The translations under genes and the position numbers were made by a program. Positions 39,519 to 52,999 of a stretch of 64,000 bases of DNA are shown one piece after another. The notes under the pieces are model-generated. The model did not search any database, had not been told where the DNA came from, and saw nothing but the letters and a program-made list of their open reading frames with translations. Position 1 is the stretch's first letter. Every line of letters begins with the position of its first letter. The DNA is from Eledone cirrhosa (taxonomy: Eukaryota). The stretch lies in assembly GCA_964016885.1 (NCBI GenBank), contig OZ024750.1, positions 18,600,001 to 18,664,000 on the forward strand, in the 5' to 3' direction.

Positions 39519-40599
39519 GCATGGATTCATTTGTTTACCTTGTTCAGTTGCTCTGTCTATCTGTCAGTTCATCTGCTGTCTATCTACATATCTATCTATC
39601 TAAAAGAAGAGAGCAAAAGGAAGAAAGGAGCACTTGCACAACATGCTCCTGAAGTTGAGGGTTGTTCTATCGACGGGGTATTAAATAACCCAATTTTGGT
39701 GCCTCCCCCCTATTGGGGATTTCGATTGTTATAATTGTTTGTTTTATATTTTTTACATGACTGTATGTAAAATCCCCGGCATGTGTCTTTGTATTGTCCC
39801 CTTTTCTTGTGCGCCCTTGTGGCAAATAAAGGAATCTATCTATCTCTTTGTTTGTTTATCTCTCGGTCTGTCTATTTATCTAACTATCTGTCTGTCTGTC
39901 TATCTCTCGGTCTGTCTGCCTATCTGCTTCTTTGTCTGTTTGTATTCTCCTCCTCTTCTTCCATTCTTCTTCTCCTTGTTCTTTATAATTGACAGTTGTG
40001 GTGACAAGAAGGTGGTGTGGAAAGAAGGCTGCTCTCCAGAGAAGAAATATCCCAAAGAAAAATATCCATCCTGTTGTGAAATAAAATATGTTTGTAATGA
40101 AGGTTCAAGTGTTAACAAACGCAAATTAAAAAAAACATTTTTTTAATTAAGAGAAATTTTGGTTTGGTCATCATTTGAATTGGTTGAGAGAGAGAGTTTG
40201 TTTTAAATTATTATATATAATGTATATGTTATGCTGGTAAATAAATCGCAACTCCATTTTACATACAACCTTTATATATATACAATATACCATACAATTT
40301 TTAATTGAGGATTTTGTATATGCAATAAATATAATCCCTCGGTATGCAAATTAGGCTAATCAGCCGAAGTATACTATATATTCTCAAGAGTTTTAGTGTG
40401 TTGCAGAAAAGGAGATACACAATCTTGACAAGGGGCAATAAACCCAAAACAATTGTCGATTGCTTCTCTATGCTATTGCTAGAACAAAAGGATGACAATA
40501 GTCATCTAACACACATGGTGTTATGTGGCTGCACGCTTGCAAACGAATTGAATATTAATGATATTATTATTATTATTCGATATGAAACTCACGAACGCA

Positions 40600-40630
<31 letters not shown>

Positions 40631-40686
40631 ACGAAGGAAATGTGGTAAGGAACCAGGTGGACCATAACGCACCAAAGTACTCAATA

Positions 40687-40851
40687 CTTGGGGTAGTAGA
40701 GTGGGTAATAGGAACCAGTAAGACCCCGACAGCTGAGCTCAAGCCGTTTCGACGGCTAATTCTGGACTCAGTCCAGAATTAGCCGTCGAAACGGCTTGAG
40801 CTCAGCTGTCAGGGTCTTACTGGTTCCTATTACCCACTCTACTACCCCAAG
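40687..40851. repeat. Near-perfect palindrome (82-bp arms, 1-nt spacer) in an (AT)n-flanked insertion
   Basis: Symmetric about C40769 with a single mismatch (40727/40811); followed by a partial duplicate of the right arm (40851-40876). Confidence 0.95.
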
Positions 40852-40871
40852 CTGTCGGGGTCTTACTGGTT

Positions 40872-40935
<64 letters not shown>

Positions 40936-41020
40936 TAGAGGGAGGGGGAGAGAAGGAGAGTGAAGAAAGCATAGAGAGGATATATATTAAAAAATTCTTT
41001 ATTGAAATATTATTTTTATT

Positions 41021-42726
41021 TTACAAAGATTCAATTTCAATTTTAATTTCCAAATAACAAAACAGTTGTCGTTTATTGTTTGATTTTGTTTGAATTTTTA
41101 TTTTTCTGTTTTTGTTCAAATTTACAAATGATTTTCTTGACTGAATAAAATTGACACTGTTTCTGTCTCTTCTTATTGAGTTGTCTACCTTCTCTCTAGT
41201 TCTCCTGTAGATGAGAAAACATAATATGGGAAATTATAATATATATTATGCGTATGTATTTGTGTGCGTGTGTGTGTATATGAAGGTTGTTTGAAAAGTT
41301 CATAGGTTGATCAAGATACTCTCATGGAATGACTAAATAAGGTTTATTTTTCAACATAGTCATTGAAAAGAAAAAATGCAGTTATTAATAAGAAGAGTTG
41401 AAATTAATACATGCAAGATTTTACAGCTCTAGCATCCATCCTTCATAATAGTCAGTCTATGAACTTTTCAGTCAACCCTCATACGTGTGTCTAAGAAGCA
41501 ATGCGGTTTGTTAGTTATGTTAAGAAGTTTGCTTCGCAATCATTAGGTCCCGGGTTTGATACCACTGCATAGCAACTTGGGTAAGTCTCATTTACCCTAG
41601 CCTCAGGTTGACTCATGCCTTGCAAGTGAAACTGGGCAGACAGAAACTATTTGGAAGCTTGTCAGATTGACTGTACCTGTAATTTAATGCTTTAGCATTT
41701 ACATTATTCTATATTTATTATTATATTTTCATGGTAAAGGCTTTTCCTCATATAATTATCTCACATAATATCAAATCTATGAGATTTTGATATTATTTAT
41801 TTTGAAAACAATATGAGTGGCTGGTTACAGCCAGTTTGGACAGAAAGAGATGAGAAAATTCTGGCCGGATACGGCTGGTTTAAATGCTAAAGTGATAAAG
41901 AGCCAGCCTTGTGTTATGCTGAATCTCCCTGAGAACTACATTAAGAATACATGTGTCTGTGGAATACTCAGCCACTAACATGTTAATTTCACAGGTTTCA
42001 CAGTTGATTGAACCATTGGAAAACACATCATTGGAATCAATGAAGCTCCAATAAATGAATGTGTTTGTATGTATATGTGTGTATTTGTGTTTATGTGTGT
42101 GTGCATGTGTTTGTATGTGTTTATGTGTATGTGTTTTTGTATGTGTGCACGTGTTTGTATATATATGTGTGTTTAGGTTTATGTGTTTGTGTGGGTGCAT
42201 GTATTTGTATGTGTTTGTATGTGTGTTTATGTGTATGTGTTTGTGTATGTGTTTTTGTATGTGTGCATGTGTTTGTATGTGTATATGTGTGTGTTTGTGC
42301 ATATCTGCATGTGTATAAGTGTAATATGTATGTGTGTGGTGTGTGTAAGAAATCATAAATAGTCTTACATTGATTCTAAGATCTGGTTGTTCTCCTGTAA
42401 TAAATAAACAGAGAACTGAGTATATTTTTAAAATATCTAAGAAACAAACATACTCCTACACTCAGACAGCACTTCTACACCTAACCAACACATCTATTAT
42501 ATGTGTGTGTGTAGGTGTGTGTTTATGTGTGTGTGTGTGTGATCTGACGAATTCCTCCCCACTCAATAAGCGAGTGAGGTCTGGGATCTTGTCAATTCAG
42601 ACTTTCGGATATGTTTGTATATATCATCATTATCATCACCGTTTGACGTTGATTCTTCTATGTTAACATGGGTTAGACAAGCTGTCCTATTCTGAGCAAA
42701 GGTCAAGTGACCATGATTTGCTTATG

Positions 42727-42759
<33 letters not shown>

Positions 42760-45700
42760 AAATAAAATAAAATAAATAAGTCAAATGTTTAAAATTTGGC
42801 TTCCTTTATTACTGCTATATATATTTCGGTGACAGCCATCTTTTGCTGTGACCTCTTCAGGCAGTCCGAATTAGTGTGGTAGAGACGAGTACACATGTTG
42901 TTGAGGTGTTTAACTTTCTCAATACTCTGATATGCCCAAGTTCCTGGTTGGGTTGTTGTTTCACTGAGGAACTGGAATCATATGTTGATGGTTATATATA
43001 TATATATATATATAACCATCATCATTGTCATTTTATGTCAATTTTCCAGGCTGGCAGGGGTTGGATGGCTTGTCACAATCTATCGATTGTACCTACAATC
43101 CAAATGAGAAAGATGATGTCTCTCTCACCCATTTGGACTTGGCCCATGACAACACATTCAACCTATGCATAAAAATATATATATATATAATATGGAGGCA
43201 CATGGCTTAGTGGTTAGAGCATTGGCCTTGCAATCGAAAGGTTGGGAGTTCAATTCTCAGACCGGGTGATGTGTTGTTTCCTTGAGCAAGACACTTTATT
43301 TCACATTGCTCCAGTTTACTCAGCTGTACAAATGAGATGATAGGGACTAGGGTCCATATCATTCCACTGCAAAGTGGTCGTGGAGGTGCCACGGCAAAAA
43401 AGCACCCAGCACTCACTGTAAATGAGGTTGGTGTTAGGAAGGGCATCCAGCTGTAGAAATCAAGCCAGAATCAGTTCCCGTCCCACCCTTGCAAGCAGGG
43501 AAAAAGCGGACGTAAAATGAAATGATGATGAATGATGATAAATATATATGTTCATGTTTTCATGTGTCTGTGTGTCTTCCTGGTTGTGAAGAAAATATGT
43601 AACATTAAGAAAGAACTTACGATGGATTATTTTCTTTGTCCTGAAATGAGAAAATATAACAATATTAATTTTAGTATTATTCCCTTGTTTCAGAGTTCTA
43701 AAAATGTGAATAAAAAACATTAATCTTTAACACGCTAGAAATGTTCATGAATTGCTTCCCTTAACACTGTATTATGTATTAAGGGGAGATAACTCTATTG
43801 GCACCTTATATCGCCTAGAGCATGCTAAAGATTAAAAATAATTAAATACTCTCAATAATACATTCCTCTTCACTGCAATCAGAGCAGAGGTGGTAGACTG
43901 CTGGTACGAGACATGAGGTGGAGTGGCTGTTCCAGCACATCTCCATCACCATCCTCCAGGGCAATGTCTTCTCCATCTTTTCAGCCAACACCAAAAGCCC
44001 CAACATCAACATATACAATGAAGTAATAACATACCCTGTTAGTGCTGTTACAATACTTCTCATGAGTGGGTAGCGCCCTTTATCACACATATTATTGAAA
44101 TCATCCAATGGTAAAGCCCACACTGAAACACCACCAAAGTTGTTGTCCTTCATCCATTGGACCTGAAATAGAAAGATAACTAAACTGTTCATAGGATAAT
44201 TATTATATACCATGAATAAACATACATTCCTTTGTCACACACAACATTTCACATCTGGCCTGGGCCTTTTATCAGTTTATTTTGGGTGTACCCATGTATT
44301 TATTTATTAATCTATTTATTTGTTTGTTTCTGTATTCATCCACAACACTGAACCTAAAGAAACAAGTGAAACCAAGGCAAACCTTCAATGCAAGGCTTTT
44401 CTCATTATCATAGCCAAACCATTCCCCATTAACTACCAGATATGGAGCTTCACTGCCAGTAATCCACATTTCTTCTGCTTCTCCTGTCTTGAGCTCTAGG
44501 CATACCTGTAATGGAAATTAGAAAATAATTAATATAGAAGAGTAGAATTTATCTTGGATGTCCCACCACTGGAAATAAAGATGATGACATTGTGTGTTGT
44601 GAGAAAAATTGTTATATATCAGTTATCATGAATACACAGACATACACATACATCTATTGCATATGCACACATACACACAGGTATCATTCATCACACATGC
44701 AAATATATTAGTCTTCACATACACACATATATCAAATATCACATGCACACATACACATACGCAGTGCCAGATTTAGGACAAATGAGACTCTACACTAGTT
44801 AAGTTATGAGGCCCTGTGCTAGTTAAGTTGTGAGGCCCACAACATTTGAAAAAGTTCATCTTAACATTTTTTTTTAGCAGGAAGATGCCCCCCCTCCTCC
44901 TCATTCCTGGCCAACGGGGCCCTGTGCTTAAGCACACCTAAGCACAATGGTAAATCCAGCATGACACATACATATATCAAGTATATGTACACACACATAT
45001 ATATACACTCATATATCAAATATGACATACACTCACACACACATATCATGTATTATACATGCACACACATCAGTTATTACACTTCTACACCCCAAAACTG
45101 CTTTGTCCATACAAAAACCTCTACTTTGGACCATCTCAATCCGGGTCTGTGGTGCTGCTTCTGGAAATTATATTTTTACTGAAATGCAGCAAAAAAGTAC
45201 TGATTGCTTAGTAGTTTCTGCCAACACCTCCAGAGGGAGGGGAAAGTCGATTAAAATTGGCCCCATTGTGTTACTGGTACTTTATTTTATTGACTCCGTA
45301 AGGATGAAAGGCAAAACTAACCTTGGCAGAATTTGAACTCAGAATATAAAGGGCAATAACTCTATGCCACAAAACGTGTTGTCAAACGCTATACTGATAC
45401 TGCCAATAATAATTGTTTCTACTTTTGGCACAAGGCCAGCAGCTATCCCAGTGTATTACTGGTACTTTATTTTATCGACCCCGTAAGGATTGAAAAGCAA
45501 AGTTAACCTCGGCGGGATTTGAACTCAGACCATAAAGGGCCGTAACTCTTTGCTGCAAAGCATGGCGTCCGACCCTCTACCAATACTGCCAATAATAATA
45601 ACAATAACAACAATAAGTAATACTACCTCATAGTAAGATATAAAACCTTTTTCAGTGCTAAACCTTCTTGCAGCACTCGGCCCATCTGCCAGTGAGCCAG

Positions 45701-48700
45701 GTGTTGAATTCTGTGGGTTTTTTAATTGGTACCCTCTTCCGTACAGAGCAAGTCCAATATTAAGTTTATAACGAGGACATCCAAGGCCACCCCAATATTC
45801 AGATGCCAAAGCCTGGTAATAATATCAACAACATAGAGTGTAGTTAAAAATATAAAATAAAAACAACAAAAAAAAAACAAAAAAAAAACCTCTTTTCCTT
45901 TTTGATACCCAACCAGTCAAAATCACCTCTAGCTCTAGGAAACAAAAGTCCCCCTTTTCAAGGGTTCCTATCTAAATTAAAATCGAATCTTTCAACATAA
46001 TATTTTATATAAGAACCATACATTAAATTACTATCTTAGAAATTAAGTCATAATTTTAGTAAATCCTTCATAATTCTTCTTTAATTAATGGACTGTATTT
46101 CATTAGAAATATAGTCTTGAAAGGGTTAAATCTACTCAAAACAATTTATCCCTTTTGATACCAAGTTATCCCTGTTTGAAACTGCACATGATCCTTTAAT
46201 ACAAAGTTGTTTATTTTCAAGTGATAAAATATATAAAAAAAACCTTTCATCATAATTTTATGTAAGAACCTTTGGCAAGTTCCAAACACCAGCATTTAAA
46301 CCCTTTAGCATTTAAACCGGCCGCATTTAAACCCTTTAGCATTTAAACCGGCCGCATCTGACCAGAATTCTCTCACCTCTTTCTGTTTAAACCAGCCACT
46401 CATACTGATATTATGGTATTGTTCTCAAAATAAACAATATAAAAATCTTACAGATTTGATATTATATTTTCATGGTAAATGAAAATATAATAGTATATAT
46501 ATATAGAGTAATGTAAATGCTAAAGGGTTAATAATGAAAAAAGTAAGTTATATCACTAAATCTCTCCAAATTCTTGAATGTTTTCAAAATTATTTGAAAA
46601 CCATAGGCAGTGTCTTTCATAAGAAATATTGTAACAAAAAGTGTTAAAATCTTTCATAATTTTATGTAAGAACCTTTGTGAAATTCCAACCACCAGCTTG
46701 ATAATGAGAAAGTTAATTATATTACTAAATCACTTCAAATTGTCAATTATTTTCGAAATTATTTAAAAACCACAAGAAGTATGTTTCATTAGAAATATAG
46801 TAAAGAAAGCTGAGAATTAAAATGCCTTACCATATTTGATTTTTTGTCTTTCCCTGTCTTATCTGCACGGGAATATAATGGTGAATGGTGACTGGTTCTG
46901 TTTTCCCAGGCCCCATGGAAATCATATGTCATAATGTTGATGAAATTCACAAACCTGAAAAGATGTTTGATAAAAAGTAAACTATAGCTGTTAATATCAT
47001 ATACACACATACACACAATGGAGACTTCGACACACACACACTGGGCAAACACAAAGTATATTAGTATAGTGTTTAAAAAGAATGAAAATGCCTTTATGCT
47101 TTGGACATAAGTCCTTCATCTGAAAGGAAAAGATTTTATTTGGAGAAAAGAAAATGGAGGAAAGAGGAAAAAAGGAAGAGAGAGAAACAAAGTAATATTA
47201 CTCAGTTATCTGGGCTACTTCATATCCTTGATCAACATGTTTTTCTCCAGCCGCCACTGTAATGGTCAGTAACAGTTGTTCATTTCCAGTTCTCTGGGAT
47301 TCTTCAATAAAAGATTCGTTTAATTCCTAACAAATTGAAAAGAAGGTTGGATTATACAATGCTGCTACAAACATATTCAGTTGTACATTTATATAAAATA
47401 GTCCTTTAACCCTTTAGCATTTACATTACTCTATAAATATACTATTGTATTTTTGCGATAAAGTCTTTATCTCACATAATATTGAATCTACAAGATTTTG
47501 ATAATGTCATTATTTATTTTGAGAACAATACCTTAACGTTGGTATAAGCGTCCAGTTATGGCTGGTTTGAGCAGAAGGGGGTGAGAGAATTCTGGCTGGA
47601 ATTGGCCAGTTTAACACTTTAGCATTTAAACCGACCGTATCCGTCTAGAATTCTCTCACCTCTTTCTATTCAAACCAGCTGTTCATACTGATGTTAAGGT
47701 ATTGTTCTCAAAATAAATAATATCAAAATTTCATATATTCGAAATTATGTGAGGTAAAGCCTTTACCACAAAAATATAATAGTATATATAGAGTAATGTA
47801 AATACTAAAAGGTTAAATGCTAAATGGTTAATACTGTTCATAGTAAAAAGTAAACAAGGTTTGACTGCTTCAATATAACTTCCTAAAATTTTTTCTTTTG
47901 TCAAGGGGAATTTTCTTCCGAAATATAAAGGATTTACTGAATATTTCTAAGATAACATTCCTTTGTTATATTTCTTTAATACTAGGATTTTTTTCAACAT
48001 GCTGACACATATGTGTATATGTGTGTGCATGCGTGTATGTGCATATGCATACATATAAATGTATGAGTATATAAATATGTATAAGTAAATAAACACAAAC
48101 ACACTAACAAAAATACAAACTCACAGACATACATTCACACAAACAAACACCCACATACATACATTTACACAAACACACATACACATACACAGCATAGCAA
48201 ATGGAATGCCAGCTGCTGTTTTGCTGGAGTTTTTACACAGGGCCGAGGGCGTCTTAGCATCACTCAGCAAGACCTTTGTCAGCCGCTCTCCAGATATCTA
48301 TTTAAGGCTGTATACAGCTATGGTGCGACCACACTTAGAATTTGCATCACCAGTCTGGAACCCCTATCTTGCTCAGGACATTGACCGCCTGGAAACTGTT
48401 CAGAGACGTGCAACCAAGCGAATACCCTCCATCAGGCATCTACCATACTCTGAGCGCCTTGCTTCCCTGGGCATGGATTCATTGAAGCTCCGACGCCTGG
48501 CAACTGACTTGGTAAACACCCACAAAATTGTTAACCATGTTGCCAACAACAACCCTGAGTGCCTTTTCGATTTCCATGTGTCTAACACACGTGGACATGC
48601 CCACAAAGTAAGAAAACAGCACAGTTCCCATGACTTTCGGAAACATTTTTTCACGCTCAGAGTTGCTGAAGCATGGAACAAACTACCTGCATCAGTTGTT

Positions 48701-51600
48701 AGCTGTCGAGACACTGCATCCTTTAAGGCCTCCATGCTTCCCGAGATCCGCCAACACTACAGCTAACACATACAAACATGTACTTCCCTGACATTTGTGT
48801 ATTATTCTATGTACTATATTGACGAGTTGTAGTGCACCTGAGCACTTTACACAATAATTTCATTATTATATACATACATTCACACAAACACACATTGTTT
48901 GATGGATGTACAGACAGACGGATGGACGGAGTCACTCAAATTTATATATGGATTATGAACACTTTGAAATAAACAGCCTTGAATTATAGAAACAGGGCTT
49001 CTTGTGGTTTGGTATCAAAACAGTTTTTATAAAAATATTAAGGACATAGTTACCTGTAGAAGTAAGGTGAACCTAGATTTATCTGCCATTCTGCCTCCTC
49101 TAGCACCAGGATATTCCCAATCCAAGTCCAATCCATCAAATCCATGGTCCCTTAAGAAAGGGATGGCACTCTCTATAAATACTTCCCTGGTATTTTCCGA
49201 GGCAACCATATCTGAGAAAGGAAGACTTCCAAGACTCCAGCCACCAACAGAAAGTAAAACTTTCAGATGATTGTTTTGGTTTTTCAGCTGCATAGTTTCC
49301 TTGTAGCTAAATAGATAATAGCAATCTATATACATATACATACATACATAGCTACATATATAAATCAATCTACAGAGACACTACATCTACAGCCCACACT
49401 ATAAAGTAGTCGTGTTAGGAGTCACGACAAAAAGCACCCAGCACACACTGCAAAGTGGTCATGTAGGAATCATGACAAAAAGCACCCAGCACACACTGTA
49501 AATGTGGTTGGTGTTAGGAAGGGCATCCAGTCGTAGAAATCTAGCCAGAAACAGTCCTATATGAGCAAGACACTGTCACCTCACCCAACTTGCTTCTAAT
49601 GGAACAACCCGTCTAACCCATCTAGCATGGAAAATGGGGATATGATGATGATGATGATGATGATGAATGTAGTTTCAGTCAAAGCTTAAAACACTGATAA
49701 TACCATTGTGAACGGCATGAACATCACAAATTCCACCCACACACTCCTCCTTACAGTGTTAAAAAACCCCCAGCAAATATTAATACATACCGTCCACCAT
49801 TTCCCTCTCTGGGTAAATCATTCCAGTCAGAAAAAGTCAATCGATTTTCTGAGATTTTAGCAAAAGCATAGATGATGTGTGTACAAAGGTTGGCATCAAC
49901 ATTTTCTGGCAAAAACTTGCCTTCTCCAGTAACATATTGGGACCAGCTTGTTATATAACACACTCGACGGTAGTTAGCTGAAAAAAAAAACATGAAATAA
50001 AATTTACAGCTTATACCTATGAAGGTTTAGCTGGCCTCCAGCAAGGTTGTGTCTAATAAGATGTTTCTTGACATTTAAACTGTTTCTTAGCATTTAAACT
50101 GGCTGTATCGAGCCAGAATTATCTCATCTCTTTCTGTTCAAGCCAGCTGTAACCAGCCATTCATACTGATGTTAAGTTATTGTTCTCAAAATAAATAATA
50201 TCAAAATCTCATATATTCGATATTATGTGAGATAAAGCCTTTACCATGAAAATATAGTAAATATAGAGTAATGTAAATGCTAAAGGGTTAAAGAGAAATT
50301 CTACGACTTACTTATTTCAGCATCGGTCTTGAAACAAACTACAGTCAAAATCAAAAAAGATAAAATTTTCAATCTGGAAAACAAAATAAAAACATATATA
50401 GAATCTGATATTGCAGATATGTGGTGAGAAGGTCTAAGGAAAGAATCACTGGAGAGATTTTATGGGCAAAGCCAACCGGTAGGAGACTCAGAGATAGACC
50501 ACAAGCAAGATGGTTAGATAGCATTTAGGAGATGGCTGCTTCTGACAGGACTCTCTGGAACTTTAGTGTATGCAGCAGAGTATTCGACAGACAGATAATT
50601 CAGGAAGATTCAGCATATCTGTGACAAAGCTGGCTCTTTGAATTACAGATACAGCCCACTTGACAGACTTTCACATAGTGTCTGTATACCCAATTTAACT
50701 CTCAAGGCATGGGTTGGCTTGAGGCTATGTTAAATGAGACTTGCCCAATGGGATTGAACCTGGAATGCAATGTTAACACTGTGGAAAAGGGAAGGTAAGA
50801 ATGTGTTTGTGTGTGTATGTGTGTGAGAGAGAGAAAGAGAGAATGTGTGAGTCTGTGTGTGTGTGCGTGTATGTGGAGCTGGTGACGCCAAATTATCTTT
50901 TTAAACCTATGCTGTAAGAAAAATATTATTTATCTTCAAGTTATAAATGACTAAAATATCCATTTTGGGAATTTCAGTCATTTGTTAAATTTATTCCATT
51001 TCAAGTAATTAAATATTATATATATTATTTCTGCTTATATATATAACTAACCTCACTGGACAGGATCTTGCTGTGATGAGAAATCAGTAAGTCTGGAGAA
51101 ATAATTGTGTGCATGCTTCATCTCCGATGGAGGGATGATTCAAGAAGATTTAACTTTAAAATTAAGCATTTACTCGTAAAATGCCATATTGATCTTCAAT
51201 ACTTGGTGGTTGTTTCTAATTAAATTGTGGAATGTCAGACCTGTCAACTCTTCCTGTCAGAGTGGGGAGATCTCCCACACACTTAGGGGTGGGTGAGAGA
51301 TGTCTTTCTTGTGAAAATTGGTATAACTTTCATTATGTAAAATTTCCCCATTTTCCTCATTTTTCCCTGTTTTGATGCATTTTTTTTAATCGTACTCCTT
51401 GTTTGAGTTTTTAGAGGTTGACATGTCTGGAATGTCTATGTGATCAGTTAGTATTATTGAAAATATTAACACACCCGTATTTCACCTTTATATACATACA
51501 ATACAGATAATAGACTATAGAAAGTTTCAACTTACCTGTCTTTTACTTTTAATGAAGAATCAGATTCTGTAACCCAAAGAAAGCTAAAAGATCTCTGCAT
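41021..51600 (-). CDS. Glycoside hydrolase family 18 chitinase (chitotriosidase/AMCase-like), secreted, ~478 aa
   Basis: Minus-strand exons: 51536-51600 (putative start), 50312-50373 (hydrophobic signal [14 protein letters not shown]), 49791-49977 ([11 protein letters not shown]...[10 protein letters not shown]), 49054-49306 (KVLLSVGGW; [12 protein letters not shown] catalytic motif), 47202-47326, 46831-46954 (MTYDFHGAW), 45627-45812, 44383-44505 (GYDNEKS), 44035-44162 ([13 protein letters not shown]), and putative last exon 41021-41204 followed by AATAAA. All phases are consistent. The first and last exons are less certain than the core. Confidence 0.92.
41281..41481. mobile_element. Tc1/mariner-type MITE
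   Basis: TA|TGAAGGTTGTTTGAAAAGTTCATAG ... CTATGAACTTTTCAGTCAACCCTCA|TA; ~25-bp imperfect TIRs with TA TSD. Confidence 0.8.
42811..42865 (-). ncRNA. Type I minimal hammerhead ribozyme (Penelope-like-element type)
   Basis: Minus strand reads ACUGC-CUGAAGA-GGUCACAGC-aaaagaug-GCUGUCACC-GAAA-UAUAUA-UA^GCAGU. It has all core nucleotides, a 5-bp stem I, an 8/9-bp stem II and a palindromic short stem III. Confidence 0.85.
43194..43540 (+). mobile_element. Young tRNA-derived SINE with RTE-type 3' tail (full-length copy)
   Basis: Box A TGGCTTAGTGG, box B GAGTTCAATTC, body TCCTTGAGCAAGACACTT, tail GGAAGGGCATCCAGCTGTAGAAA...CGGACGTAAAATGA(TGA)n; near-identical copies elsewhere in the window. Confidence 0.85.
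48230..48870 (+). mobile_element. CR1/L2-group LINE 3' end with 3'UTR
   Basis: [20 protein letters not shown]...[12 protein letters not shown]...TRGH...[15 protein letters not shown]-terminus, then 3'UTR ending GTGCACCTGAGCACT...(ATT)n. Confidence 0.9.
51236..51429. mobile_element. MITE with CAGACCTGTCAAC TIRs
   Basis: TIRs CAGACCTGTCAAC / GTTGACATGTCTG, flanked by gaatgt duplication; second copy at ~57017-57163. Confidence 0.7.
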
Positions 51601-52999
51601 AATTCTGGTGCTGATTGAATTTAAATACTTCCAACAGGGACTTGAATATTTCAAAGCAAAAGTAGTTTTATTTTTATCTAAATCTAGATGATCGCTTGGC
51701 AGACAAATTCCTATCTTTTAACTAACTCTATAATTAAAGACTTTTTGTGTGAAAGAAAAATACACTGGTTTTCAATCGAAATTTAACCCTTTTGGTACCA
51801 AAATGTCTGAAACTACTCCTGGTTTTATGATATTAAGCTGTTTATTTTAAAGTGTTTATATTTATCTAAAAACTTTCCGTTATAATTTTATGTATGAACC
51901 TTTGTTAAGTTAGGTTCCGAATACCAGCTGAGAAATTCTTGATTATTTTCAAAATTATTTGAAAATCCTAGGCAGGGAATGTCATTAGAAATATGGTAAC
52001 AAAAAGGTTAAACTCTCCTAAAGCAATTTATGTTTAGTAAATAAAACGTCTGGTAATGAAATGATAAATATATCATTGGAAATTATTAATAAAATAAGTG
52101 AGAATAAGTGAAGTATTAATTTAACAATGTTGTCGTCAACAGAGGTGAGTAAAATAAGATGTGTCATTTCTTCATGTTGAAAATACGATGACAAATGAAT
52201 GAGATGAAATAAAATCAAATAAAAACAAATATACGTAAAAAAAATTGAAAAAGAATAGAATAAAACTGAATAAAATCAGAAAAAAAGAGATAAACTAAGA
52301 CGATGTATTGTGACTCTTTTGGAAGTTATTTTTATTTTTACGGATCAATTGCTTTTTATTTTAGATACTGACTCAAAACATGTGCAATCATACTCACACA
52401 TACTGTATGACAAAGTTACACACACGGATACATTCAATGATATGTACACACACATACTGTATACTGTATCTATGATATAATCACACAGAGCAACATACTA
52501 AAACAGTCACTCACTCACATACATTTACATACACATGATCACACATCACACACACACACAAACAGTAAAACACATATTCACATATACTGTATGTTATACT
52601 CACACATACTAACATACTCACTCATACACAAACAATAACATTCTTACTCACACTCATATATACTGTATGACACACAACATACAAACACAACCACTCACAC
52701 ACACAAACAATAAAATTCAACCTCACACATACATATACTGATATAAACACACAGCCACATATTAACACACACACACTTCGATGGACTTCTGTCAGTTTCG
52801 ACAATGAGTGTTCCAATTGTTAGATAAACACAACCACTTGCTCATGAAATTAAAGACTAGGTGGCTGAGCATTCCACAGACACGAGTACCATTAATATAA
52901 TTCTCAACCTGAGGTTAAGGTAAATGATACTTACCCAAAATACCACACAAGTGGTATTGAATCCAAAGAAGTCATCAAGTTCTGTGGTATTAGAGTGAG

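Noticed and set aside
41880-42358. His/Thr- and Cys/Val-rich ORFs
   Set aside because: Degenerate (TG)n microsatellite translation.
43194-43270. tRNA-like A/B boxes
   Set aside because: SINE head without a complete cloverleaf; not a tRNA gene.
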